From assembly GCA_964016885.1 (NCBI GenBank), contig OZ024740.1:413540001-413604000 (forward strand): DNA of 64,000 nucleotides, given 5' to 3'. Shown here piece after piece: positions 37,275 to 50,450 of the stretch (positions are counted from its first letter, which is position 1; the number at the start of each line of letters is the position of its first letter). A model generated the notes under the pieces. The model was not told where the DNA came from. It ran no database searches and saw only the letters and a program-made list of their open reading frames with translations. A program made the position numbers and the translations under genes. Source of the DNA: Eledone cirrhosa. Lineage: Eukaryota.

Positions 37275-40200
37275 AATCCCGTGACCTAGAAATACCGGGA
37301 TGGCGGCCGGCGGGGAATAGCCGTGTCTCTAGGGGAGAACGACCCCTCTAGTCTTGGTTGACACTCGTTCTAGAAGTGGTAATACAAAATGATTACCCCT
37401 TGGTGGATAAGGATAAAACGCGACAAAATAAAGTAAATGTCTAATTATAAAATCTGATACAGGATCGGCCGTCACCCGGGTAAAAAAGGGCCGCGTCCCT
37501 CAGAGAGGAACCAGACTGGGGTCGAAAAATCAGCTAATGGTTCAGACCTTCCCATCACTTCGGAGCTGGAGACCTCCCATAACCGGAATACTCCTACTGT
37601 TAGCCCCCCATGCTCACCACCAAGAAATCCAAAGAAAAAGAGAGAAAAATGGTCAAGGGAAGATAATAAAGAAGTCCTTGAGGCTTTCTACACTTCCATG
37701 TACTACCCATCAAATACATCGAATACAGAACAGACATATATCAACTGGAAAAAGAAACATCCCGAAAACAGAGGCTATATTGACAGCAACAAACTAGACA
37801 ATATACGAAGAAATATTGTAAGAAAAAAGTTACTAACTGATATAGAAATTGATCAGATCAAGCTAGTAGCACAAAGTCAGCGAAGGAAAAATGAAACATG
37901 TGTCAGAGAAAACGAGGTAAATTGTAACACTTCGAATCCCATGGTTGGGGCGGAATCACTGGCAACAGAACAAATTAAAGAAAGGATCGAAAAAGTGGAG
38001 GGAGTGCATGCTCAAGATGAAACTCCAAATGAAAATAATGAAATCGTAAATGATAAAGAAATGAATGAGAATGAACTTGCCAACTTGAAGGATGAAATTA
38101 GGATCGAATGGATGAAAATGAAAGAATCTGACATGGGGCAACGAGACACCCTCCCTAAGATCCAGAACTCCAAACAGAACCAAAAGATAATACACAAGAC
38201 TAACATAATTCTCAAAAACATTATCATCACAAACAAACTAAACATTACTGATTTAAATCATCTCTATTATGCATCGGCTAAAGTCACCACTCACTTGTGT
38301 GGAGTGAAGATGAAAAAACAAAGGAATTCCCACAAGAAATCTACTTGGCAAGAGAACATCAGTCGCCAAATAAACCTTCTCCGATCTGACATAGAAATTT
38401 TAACAAACTATAAAGTAGGTGAACATGTTAAACAAACTAAACTTAGAAAATTGAAAAAAAAGTACAGTATAAAATCAACATGTGACATAGACATGCTGAT
38501 AGAAATAATCAAGCAAAAAGTGTCGGCCAAAGCTGCTCGTATAAGGCGCTTTGAAAAACGATCTAGATTCTATAAGGACAATAATATGTTCAAAAACAAC
38601 CAAAGAAACTTCTACAGAAAAATTGGTAAGTCAACAATAACTGCTAAATCAATACCACCCAAGGAGGAAGTGCAAGAATTCTGGGAAAAGATCTGGGCCG
38701 AAGAAAAAGTTCATAACATACATGCCCCATGGATAGACAGACAAGTGAAAGATACAGCTCACCTTGAGGAACAAATATGGGAAAATATAACAGTTGAACA
38801 GTTGCGCTTGGCTCTAAGAAAAACCAGCAAATGGAAATCTCCAGGAAAATACAATATACAAAACTTTTGGATAAATGCCTTCCCAGAGTCTCATGAGCTG
38901 TTAGCCCAACTTTACAATGAAATAGTTAAGGAGCCAGAAAAGATATCATCATGGCTAGTTAACGGCATTACATTCCTGCTTCCGAAGAATGATGAGACAA
39001 ACAATCCCAAAAATTACAGACCGATAACTTGCTTGACCACAATGTATAAAATGTTAACATCAGTCCTAACTGAATACACATATGACCACCTGATAACAAA
39101 TGACCTGTTTCCCATTGAGCAGAAAGGGTGTAAACGAGGCTCATATGGCTGTAAGGATCAGCTTCTGGTTAACAAAATGATACTGGAAGATTGTCATAAT
39201 AGACACAAAATCTATCGATTGCTTGGATAGATTATAAAAAAGCATTCGATAGTTTGCCACACAGTTGGATTGAAAAATGTTTAGACATTTTCAAAATATC
39301 CCCCGTTGTCAGGAGGTTTTTGTCATTCAGTATGAAGACATGGAAAACGACACTCCTTTTGAATAGTGAAACAAAATCACTGGAAGCTGGAGAAGTTAAT
39401 ATTAATTGTGGAATTTTTCAGGGTGACTCTTTATCACAGCTTTTATTCTGCATCGCACTTATACCATTAAGTAAAATGCTCAATGAAACAAAACATGGAT
39501 ATAAAGTCTATGACAAAACCATTAATCACTTGTTCTACATGGATGACCTCAAACTATTTGCAAAAAATGATGAACAATTGCAAGGGCTATTATCCACTGT
39601 GGAGCAGTTCAGTGATGACATTAAAATGGAGTTTGGACTAGATAAATGCGCCAAAGCAACGTTCACCAGAGGAAAGCTGCTGAAGAGTTCAGATATTAAT
39701 CTTGATCGGGGGAACGTGATAAGAGAACTTGATCAAGAAAAAACTTACAAATATGTAGGTGTTTGTGAAGGAGACGGAATCAAGCACTCGACAATGAGGG
39801 AAAGGATAAAGAAGGAATGTTACCGTAGAGTAAGAGCAATCTTAAGAACGGAATTGAATGCAAGGAATAGGATCGATGCCATAAACACGCTTGCCATACC
39901 AGTAGTAACCTACAGTTACAATGTCATCAACTGGTCAAGCACAGAGATCCGTAGGCTCGATACAAAAATTCGAAAACTCTTAACCATGCACAGAATGCAT
40001 CACCCTAAGGCAGATATAGATAGAATATATCTCCCTAGGAAAGAAGGAGGACGTGGGTTATTCCAGTTAGACATTGCGTTGAAAACTGCAACAATTGGAT
40101 TATCTACATATCTAAGGGAATCACATGATTGGATGATCAAACTCGTTTTGAAACACGAAAGCATCAAAAGATCATATTCCATTACAAAAGATGCACAAAG

Positions 40201-40947
40201 ATACAGTAATGGACTACAAATTTCAGAAGTCCCATTTACTGCTGAAATGGAAAACACAGAAAAAGCAAGCAGGTAAAAGTAACTGCAAAGAAAGAACTGC
40301 TACAGAAACTGGCTAAGAAATGGCAAGAAAAGCCTCTGTATGGAAAATACCCAGAGCGAGCTAACAATCCTGATGTTGACAAAACCTTAACCCATCAGTG
40401 GTTGGCATCCTCTGGACTGAAATCGGAGACTGAAGGACTGATTATATCAGCACAAGATCAGTGTCTGCCAACAAAAATTACCAAGCCAACATAATAAAAA
40501 ATGGATGCAGCCCATTATGCCGTGTATGCAAAAAACAACCAGAGACCATTGACCATATAATTTCAATGTGCAGTCCTATAGCTCCAACCGAATACCTAAA
40601 CAGGCATGACAGAGCTGCACAATACATACATTGGATAATGTGTAAGCATTTTGACCTGCCCCATCAAAAGAATTGGTGGGAGCATCAACCACCTCCCATA
40701 CTTGAAAAAGATCACATCTCAATCTTGTGGAACTTTAGCATCCAAACAGACCGAAAAATAGATGCAAATAGACCTGATATAATATTGAAGGACTTTAAAA
40801 AGACGGTATGCCTGCTAATTGATATGTCTGTTCCAATAGAGAAGAATGTATCTATAAAAACATTTGAAAAATTGAGCAAGTATAAGGACCTGGAAATAGA
40901 AATTGGAAAAATGTGGAAATTGAGAACTAAAACAATACCAGTGGTGG
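37275..40947 (+). mobile_element. R4/Dong-like family B, nearly complete, 3' end lost; ORF from ATG 37437 is disrupted
   Basis: ORFs 37698-39230, 39254-40276 (GIFQGDSLS, YMDD) and 40461-40976 (CRVC..HIISMC, RPDII..IDMSVP); follows a TAA/AAG tract. Confidence 0.92.
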
Positions 40948-42641
40948 ATCAACTGGAGAATCCTTTGGAAGCGTGAAAATCAAGAGGGGTATCTTCCAGG
41001 GAGATAGTCTGTCCCCTCTGTTGTTTGTCCTTGCCCTGATGCCCCTGACCAGTGTTGCGAAAAGTAAGATCAGGATACAGGTTGGGAAAGGGAGGGCTTA
41101 CCATCAATCACCTCCTCTTCATGGACGATCTTAAGCTCTTCGGGGAGAGTGAGAAGGAGTTGGATGTGCTTGTTGACACTGTCCGTATTTTCAGCAATGA
41201 TATATGCATGCAATTTGGTATTGGTAAATGTGGAGTCATTGTGATGAGGAGGGGTAAGTTGAGCAGAAGTAACGGAATCCAGGTACCAACAGGTGATATG
41301 ATAAAGGAAATTGACTCTGAAGAAGGATACAAGTATTTGGGTGTTCTGGAGGCTGATGACATCAAGAACAAAAAAATGAAGGAATTGATAAGAACTGAAT
41401 ACATTCGGAGAGTAAGGAGCGTATTAAAGTCACATGTGAACAGTAGGAATGCCATAAGTGCAGTAAATCCCCGAGCTCTGTCTATTATTAGGTACAGTGC
41501 GGGAATTCTGAGATGGAATGTTGCTGAACAAAAAGAAATGGATAGGAAGACTAGGAAGCTATTGACTATCTACAACATGTTCCACAAGAGGAGTGATGTC
41601 GATAGACTCTACTTAAGGAGATCTGAAGGTGGAAGAGATCTTATCAGCATAGAGGACTGTGTTCATATGGAGAAAAACAACCTACACAAATACGTGACTG
41701 GGAGTAAGGAGCCAATGCTCAGAACTGTACTGAAGGAGGGGACAATAGGCCCGGGGATGTCCAAGGAGGAAATAACATCAAGGATAAAGAGCAGCCTTCA
41801 GGAAAAATCTCTTCATAGTACCTTCTTTGAGAAAACTGAATTTAGAGATCCACAGACATGGAACTGGTTGAAAAGAGGAGACCTTAAAAAGGCTACAGAA
41901 GGAATGCTAATGGCTGCGCAGGAGCAGGCCCTCAAAACGAAGTGGTTGAAACACCATATTTACAAGGAGGAGGCTAGCCCACTATGCAGGATCTGTGGAG
42001 AGAGAGAGAGAGAGGAGACTGTGGCTCACATTATATCCGAGTGTAAACACCTAGCCCAGACTCACTATAAGGGCTGGAGACATGATGTGATGGGAAGGGT
42101 GATCCACTGGCACCTATGCAAAGTAAACAATTTACCACATTCTGAGAAGTGGTATGAGCATAAGCCAGAGTCGGTGATAGAAAACGATCAGGTGAAGCTG
42201 CTGTGGGATTTTAGGATACAGACGGACAAGAAACTGGAACACAATAGACCTGACCTGGTGGTTGTGGACAAAGAAAAAAGATCGTGCCTGATTGTGGGTG
42301 TGGCCTTCCCATTCGACACGGGAGTGCAAGAGAAGGAGAGGGAGAAAATTAACCGATACCAGGACTTAAAGTGGGAGGTAAAAAGGATTTGGAACTGCCA
42401 TGAAGTCAAAGTGATCCCGATTGTCATAGGCGCACTAGGGACTATCTCAAAAAGTTTCCAGGGATGGTTAAAGAAAATTGGACCCTTCACGCTTTTTTGA
42501 ACGCTTCAAAAGGCATGCTTGCTGGGAACAGCAAGAACCCTCCGATACGTCCTGAATATCTGAGGCTGCAGGTAGTGGCTTGATATTCATTTCAACAAAC
42601 TTTCCAGTTAACTAACATCAATGACTGAGACTCAAAGAGTA
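40948..42641 (+). mobile_element. R4/Dong-like family A, 5'-truncated copy A4
   Basis: ORF 41052-42500; 3' end followed by (TAA)n. Confidence 0.93.
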
Positions 42642-42661
42642 ATAATAATAATAATAATAAT

Positions 42662-42852
42662 AATTGTTTCTACTTTTGGCACAAGGCCAGCAATTATTCC
42701 AGTGCATTACTGGTACTTCATTTTATCGACCCCGTAAGGATGAAAGTGAAAGTTAACTTCGGCGGCATTTGAACTCAGTTAGTAAAGGGGCGTAACTCTA
42801 TGTTGCAAAGAAGGGCGTCCGAATTCTACCGATACTGCCAATCCACCGCCCT
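42662..42852 (-). mobile_element. SINE family 1 inside a TAA tract
   Basis: Full-length match to 8789-8977. Confidence 0.87.
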
Positions 42853-42871
42853 AATGATAATAATAATAATT

Positions 42872-44342
42872 AAACTCTTTGGGAAGAGTGAGAAGGAGTT
42901 GGATGTAATTGTTGACACTGTCTGTATTTTCAGCAATGATATAAGAATGGAATTTGGTATTAATAAGTGTGGAGTCCTAGTGATGAGGAGGGATAAATTG
43001 AGCAGAAGCAACGGAATCCAGGTACCAACAGGTGAGATGATAAAGGAAACTTTCACTGAAGAGGGATACAAATATTTAGGTTTTCTGGATGCAGATGATA
43101 TCAAGAACAAAAATAATGAAGGAATTGATAAGATCTGAATACATAAGGAGAGTAAGGGGCGTATTAAAATCACATCTAAATAGTAGGAATGTCATAAGTG
43201 CAGTAAATCCCGAGCTGTGTCTATTATTAGGTACAGTGCACGAATTCTGAAATGGAATGTTGCTGAACAAAAAGAAATGGATAGGAAGACTAGGAAGCTA
43301 TTGACTATCTACATGTTCCACAAGAGGAGTGATGTCGATAGACTCTACTTAAGGAGATCTGAAGGTGGAAGAGGTCTTATCAGCATAGAGGACTGTGTTC
43401 AGATGGAGAAAGACAACCTGCACAAATATGTGATTGACAGTTGGGAGCCACTACGCAAAATTGTACTGAAGGAGAAGAAAATAGACCAGGGTATGTCCAA
43501 GGAGGAAATAACAACAATGAGGAAGAGAAACCTTCATAAAAAATCCCTTCATAGTACCTTCTTTAAGAAAACTGAATTTAGAGAGCCACAAACATGGAAC
43601 GGGTTAAAAAGAGGAGACCTTAAAAAGTTACAGAAGGAATGTTAATGGCTGCGCAAGAGCAAACCCTCAGAACGAAGTGGGTGTAACACTATATTGAGAA
43701 GGAGGAGGCTAGCCCACTGTGTAGAATCTGTGTAGAGAGAGGAGACTGTGGCTCACATTGTATCCGAGTGTAAACACCTAGCCCAGACTCACTATAAAGG
43801 CTAGAGACATGATGTGATAGGCAGGGTGATCCACTGGCACCTATGCAAAGTAAACAATTTACCACATTCTGAGAAGTGATAGAAAACGATCAGGTGAAGG
43901 TTCTATGGGGTTTTTGGATACAGACGTACAAGATATTAAAACACAATAGGTCTGACCTGGTGGTTTTGGACAAGGAAAAAAGATCGTGCCTGATTGTACA
44001 GGTAGCCTACCCATTTGACACGAGAGTGCAAGAAAAGGAGAGGGAGAAAATTAACCGATACCAGGACTTAAAGTGGTAGTTAAAAAGGATTTGGAACTGC
44101 CATGAAATCAAGGTCGTACTGATTATCATAGGCGCACTAGGTACTATCTCAAAGTGTTTCCAAGGAGTGTTAAAGAAGATTAGTCCAGCCCCGCTTATGG
44201 AACACTTCAAAACGCATGCTTGCTAGGAACAGCAAGAACCCTCCGATAGGTCCTAAATATCTGAGGCTGCAAGTAGCGGCTTGATATTCATTTTAACAAA
44301 ATTTCCAGTTAAATAACATCAATGACTGAGACTCAATGAACA
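42872..44342 (+). mobile_element. R4/Dong-like family A, more decayed truncated copy A5
   Basis: ORF fragments 42800-43138, 43217-43645 and 43876-44079, plus the family A 3' UTR. Confidence 0.9.
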
Positions 44343-44348
44343 AAATAA

Positions 44349-44595
44349 TGCTTTAATCTGTTATTTTAATAAATATATATTTATATATATATATATATAT
44401 ATAGTAATAATAATAAATTTTAAGACTAAAATCCAAAGAGGGCTCGATAAGGATAAATATATACCAGATACATAAGAACCGTAGACCCGGACGGCAGAGC
44501 TCAAGCCGTTTCGACGGCTATTTCTGGACTAAAAAAGTTCAGAAATAGCCACCGAACAGGTTGAGCTCTGCCGTTGGAGTCTAACATTTTCCTAT
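44349..44595. mobile_element. Family F4 fragments joined to a family F3 fold-back
   Basis: 44403-44485 is the reverse complement of about 24767-24850; 44489-44578 is an F3 hairpin. Confidence 0.75.
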
Positions 44596-44831
44596 ATATA
44601 TATAATAAATCTGGTTTTTCTCACATCAGATGTGAGAAAAGCCACAGACCCTCCATCTCAACTGACTTTTGAAAAGCAGAAGAATTGCGAAACCGGTAAA
44701 GGAACCAAATAAATATATATATTCTTTGTTAAATAAGACTCCAGTTGCATTTTCGATTTCATCTTTTTTTCTTTATACTTTCAATCGTGTAGGGCACCTC
44801 GTTTATTTTTCATTTTGTAAAAAAACCTCAC

Positions 44832-44894
<63 letters not shown>

Positions 44895-44895
<1 letters not shown>

Positions 44896-45645
44896 AGATA
44901 AATCTACCAAAATATACAGTAGTGTCCAATCCGTATGAAGAACTCAATGTAATCCAAATATCATGAAGAGAGAAGATGCATTCAAAAATTTTCGATGAAA
45001 ATCATAGGAAAGCAGAGTCAAGATAAATTAATAAAAACAATGAAATAAAAACAAAGAACAAGTTCCTTATATAAAAAAATTCATCATTTTACGATCGTTT
45101 CTAGGATGTATATGTGTGTTGGTATGTATATCATATAGATCTATGTAAAAATATTACAAATTATCAGAGGAAATATACATGTTATATACATGCTGTCAAC
45201 AAAGATTTAATATAAAAGGTCTGTTTGGGAACAGGTTGTGAATTGACCAATAGAAGAGTAGTTAGAGGTCAAGTTGATAGAATAGTATAGTAGAAATTTA
45301 ATTTAGGGGTAGAGGAGTGCAGACTTATGTTTTGAATGAAAAGAAGACTTTGAATGAAAAGAATATTTTGGGGATGAAAAGAGGTCAAGCCAGTGAAGGG
45401 TACACGAAAATATGATTTTATTAAAGAATAATTTTAAAAACGAAGAATAAACAAATCTCATCATTTCTGAAGACAGCCTGTATATATGAAGGTATGTATA
45501 TTTCCTCTGATAATTTGTAATATTTTTACATAGATCTATATGATATACATACCAACACACATATACATCCTAGAAACGATCGTAAAATGATGAATTTTTT
45601 TATATAAGGAACTTGTTCTTTGTTTTTATTTCATTGTTTTTATTA

Positions 45646-45651
<6 letters not shown>
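44895..45651. mobile_element. Penelope-like fold-back element, family F8
   Basis: Essentially perfect arms 45023-45180 and 45494-45651; the spacer has decayed GIY-YIG-like codons; the tail is related to 55210-55358. Confidence 0.82.
45458..45593 (+). ncRNA. Type I hammerhead with a stem II of about 100 nt
   Basis: tcatcattt-CTGAAGA-[tgtatat..ggtatgtatat...atatacatacc..atataca]-GAA-acgatcgt-A-aaatgatga; perfect 9-bp stem I. Confidence 0.8.
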
Positions 45652-45698
<47 letters not shown>

Positions 45699-45782
45699 TA
45701 TACATACATATATATATATGTGTGTGTGTGTATGTGTGTGTGTATATATATACATATAGTAGTAATAATAATAATAAAAAGT

Positions 45783-45897
45783 GTTTCTACTTTTGGCACA
45801 AGGTCAGCAATTGTCCAGTATATTACTGGCACTTTATTTTATCGACCCTGTAAGGATGAAAGGCAAAGTTAACCTCGGCGGGATTTGAACTCAGATT
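45783..45897 (-). mobile_element. SINE family 1, truncated
   Basis: Central and 3' domain match. Confidence 0.8.
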
Positions 45898-45934
45898 ATT
45901 TTCTGAGTTCAAATTGTGAGTAATTCTGTTGAGA

Positions 45935-46800
45935 ATGACACGGCACGTACCTCTCCAGCATTACGGAGAGGAGAGATTCCGTAAGAGATATCATAGATAG
46001 TTTTATATCTTTGTTCTTGACGATATGGATTATGAATGGATCTCTGAAGTCTTGCGGAACATTTTTCACCTTCTAAATTTCCAGAAATAGCCAAAGATGC
46101 TTGCAAACATGGTTTTAACAACCATAATTGAAACTTTCAGGTGGGATGCCATGTTTACCAGTAGTTTATTGAATAGCGGCTTGCACTATTACAGCTTGGG
46201 CTGGATGCTAATTCGGATATCTCTGGCCTTTGTGAAATAGATAATATCGCATATTCATCAACGTTGGAATCACCATTTAGGACGTTTTCGAAGAGTTCAG
46301 TCAAACGTGACAGTATCTCATCTTTGTCTGGGTAGTACCATCAATAGATAGAACGGGGTTTGACCTTCACTGTCTCGGACCATACATTACCTTCAGTCCA
46401 TTATAAAAAGCCCTTCAGTCTTTTTTATCAGCATAGTCTTGTAGATCAACTGCTTTAGCAGCGCAACGGGTATCCTTCAGCTTAAGTGAAGACTGTGCCT
46501 GCAGCTTACATTCTTTATTGGCTTTGCTTTTAGTTGTTGAGATTTTGTCTCCCATCCAGACCTTTTGTCAGATATGTATCTCGCTGATAAAACTCTGGAG
46601 ACCTGGGTTACTTTCATCATGTCCTGGTCATTTCTCATAGGAAATCCTAAGGTTTCTACGGAGGCTGTATAGGTGGTATCTTTAAGTGCTTTCACAGAAA
46701 TCTGGACAGATTTGTCGAATGAGTCCAATTTTTCAGCAAGTTCCAGCTTCCTATCAACGGATCTCAACGCACCCTCATAAACCTGGAGTGAGATAGGTGG
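45935..46800 (-). mobile_element. Decayed RTE-clade LINE fragment
   Basis: Minus strand reads ILSRLTELFENVLNGDSNVDE and VPQDFRDPFIIHIVKNK...YGISPLRNAG, as in RTE ORFs. Confidence 0.7.
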
Positions 46801-47393
46801 CTTTTGGATATGCCTTCTTGGAAGAGGAGTGGATGAAATGTCACTGCGCAGCAGTGCATAATACGCGAGATAGCAAGAAGAGTGAACAGAACGAGCGTAA
46901 TATTCTATGTCACGCCTGTGTAATGACAGAGTCAACCATGTACCACTCCATTCTCTAATATCCTTTACATAGTCTCGTCCCCATTGCTCACTCGCCAGTA
47001 GGTCTTCTGTTAATGGGGGGGATATGAAATAGAAGTGAGAGAGGTGTTGAGCTACCCACACAAATGGAATTTTTGTAGTTGTAAAGGCTTGTGTTGGACC
47101 AGCAAACCTTTCGTAAATGTTGATATCAAAAGATTGGTGCAAAAGCTTGCCACGACCCGATTGAACAACACACCTCAGGTATTGGAGAGTCGTTGACTTT
47201 GAAGAGTACCGCGCTTTGGCGAGCTTTGCCTTTCATCCCGCAGGTTATCCCAAATTCCCCCTACTCATCAAGTATACGTCAGGTCGCTCATGCGTGCTAC
47301 TAGTAACATGTAGTCCAGTCAACCCAATCGGCAACTTCATATATACATCTACCCATACATAAACACACACACACACACACACGCACACGCACT

Positions 47394-47471
<78 letters not shown>

Positions 47472-48753
47472 GGTGTGTGTGTGTGTGTGTGTGTGTATTC
47501 AAATCTGGTTTCCTATAGCCGGTGTCTACTCTACGACGATTGGGATCGTACAAAAAATATCATATTCCAAGGAAATGAAGACATATGTTCAATAAACTTA
47601 TGTTTCACTGGTGTAATATGTTGCTTGTAAACTCAGGTTGGATCTCTTATACAATATGATACATTTATACAACATATGACACTGAAATGGAATAAATTAT
47701 ATTTATATTGAATTTATGCCAAGAAATATTTTCTTGTGTTTCATATGCACTACAATACATGCAATCATCGAATGCAGAATGCATATGAAAGTAGATATAG
47801 CACAGGAGATGGGTGGAGTATTCAAATTTGTTTCTCAACTGAGTTTTGTGTAGGCTTAGTAATTGTATTTTTCTGCCTCGGATGATTCAGATTTTGCTAT
47901 AACAAAGATTACTTTCTAAACAAAATACATTTCAGCATCTTTTATTTTAAATATAGATACAAATAAAATATTACCTCCTCAACCCCCATTAAATAAATAA
48001 AATGTATTTATTCAATTTTGTTTTTCGTTTGCATCTAGATGTTGGAAAAATAACATTTGCAATCTATATGGAACATAATATGAATACTAGATTATATGAG
48101 GCTTACTTGCTGTTCAAGAGTGTTTTCTAATCATTATTCGATAGTGAAATATGTATAAGTTAATATAATACACATCCATATGCATAATATAACATGATTT
48201 ATATATACAATACATGTCATCTCAAGAATACTTAGAAAGGAAATTTTCAAAATTGATATAATTGTAAACAAATAGCAGAGGTTTGAGAACATAAACAACA
48301 GCGTTTTCAACAGATTTCAAGTAATTTATTGTGTTTATAGTTAGAAGAAAATGAAAAAATTAAAAAGTACATTATAATAAATATCTTATAAAATAAAACA
48401 ATATGGCGTTGAAACTAAATTAGTGTTAATTTACTCCGGCTTACCTATATAGATATAAATTCATGTATATATATATACATATTTCTTCATCTAAAATAAA
48501 ATAAAAATTCTGCTTATTGAATAGAAAACCGATTTTAGTTTATTCTGACACACCCATAGGCAATATATATTAGTGAAAATCGATATATATATAAGGTAGG
48601 TGTGTTGGAATAATCGGGTAGCATAATCACGAACATAAAGGATGTGGTTTCGAATCTCGTGGTTGTTGTGCTTGTGATCTAATCATTCCGATCAGCAGAC
48701 TGTGATGTAATAAGAAAAATGCTCAATGTGTATTTTCCATCATATATATGGTA

Positions 48754-49488
48754 CTAGCCGAGGTACCCAGCTTCGCCCGCTGAACAGATAATAAGAAAAG
48801 ACCGGATAGAAAACAACTATATTGGATGCGTTTTCTGGTTTACAGTATGAGGTGAGACCATGGAGTGTGGCTATGTGACAAAGCAGAAACAATCACATAT
48901 CTTCCAGATACCCAGATTATTTGTTTTACCCTTCGTGCATAGTATATGAAGATTTGTACGTGTTCCAACACGTGAACAACCTACATATAACTATCCGTGT
49001 GTAAAACCCGATTCCGTCATATTCTATCTTACAACTTTGTGACTCTGAATCTGAGCTTTATTTATAATCATAGCAAAACTGTCTCTAACAGGGAACTGAA
49101 GTCTTGAGAATTTGAACGGCAACTCGGTAGAGAAAGGCAAGAGAGGAATCTTGGGAATAAATGCATTTTCTGCTTGATGATTGCCTCCAAGAATAGTGAT
49201 CACTAGGAGATGGTTCATCATCCGCCTGACTATTAAGCGTGTATCATTGCATAGGGTTGGAGGAGAATCCCTTATGGTTAATTCCCAACCTGTTAGAAAT
49301 AGCAGTGGGTTTGGTTTGCATACCCGCTATGTTTTTCTTCTTTGATGTTATAAAATCAGTATCAATAAACCTTCCTGGGTATACCCTTACTCCATTACTG
49401 TACTTACTTTTCGGTTGTTATGTTTCGTTTTTGTGTGATACACGAAGGAGCCAACCAACAAACATCTCTCTTTTATATTATGTATAGA
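48754..49488 (-). mobile_element. Non-autonomous Helitron retaining a helicase C-terminus
   Basis: A|TC...CTAG|T termini; LPFKFSRLQFPVRDSFAMIINKAQIQS and FTHG*LYVGCSRVG (Pif1-like helicase motifs). Confidence 0.85.
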
Positions 49489-50163
49489 TGTTGTTGGAAT
49501 TAAAGAACGGAGTAAAATATTTCAATGAAAAATATGAGAAGTCTGGATTCATGAATTGTTGCATAATACGTATATCTGACATATAATACCATGACACAAA
49601 GCAACTGGTGGTGTCAGCAGGTGATGTGGCCATAATAGATTTAGTTAAGTAGTACTTACAGGGAAATACTAAAATATAAACAAAGAATTTTACTTCAGTA
49701 AATCTATTATACTGATAACATCTACTTATGTTGCCGCTTCATCTTGTGTATGTCACTGATGAAAGATTAATACATTTTAAAAGAGCAATCTCTGATATTC
49801 TAAGAATATACTGGCTATCGATGATATATTCATTGAGGAAAATAATGTAAAATAATTTCTTTTTTCATTTCGTTTCGTTAAAAAACATAGTTTCCCAGGG
49901 CAGCGAAGGTACCCATAAGTTTATTATATATAAACGTATTATATGTGTATATATACGTTTGCATATACACATCAATTATAATTAAACGTTGTCTTATTGC
50001 TACAACCAATTATGTAAACTAGCAGAAAAACCACCCTTTAGTAGATAAATTATGTAATATTCATTCATTATTTATTCAACGTAATACAACTTATTTTACA
50101 AACGGGATAACAAAATATATTCTGGACGCTGTCGCGCACTCCTTACTTTATTATAGTTTAGAT

Positions 50164-50450
50164 ATACGAAGGTAGACTGAAAAGTTCGTAAGCTGACTAT
50201 GAAGAAAAGATGTTAAAACATAAAATATTGCATGCATTCTTTTCAAATCGTATTAATAACTGCATTATTTACTTCCAGGTAAAATAACATTTGACTAACT
50301 TCAAATATAACTAGTAGCGATTCTGTTGAAAATGGACAAACTTTGGCATCGTGGTGTTAATAAATACCCGCAGAAAAAGTGTTTACCCTCCCCAAGCACA
50401 TTAATGCTGTCATGTTTGCTACATTAGGGAATGACGCTTAAGTTTTGTCA
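50164..50450 (+). mobile_element. mariner remnant (left TIR and transposase N-terminus)
   Basis: TA-cgaaggtagactgaaaagttc TIR-like start; MDKLWHRGVNKY..KHINAVMFATLGNDA. Confidence 0.65.
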
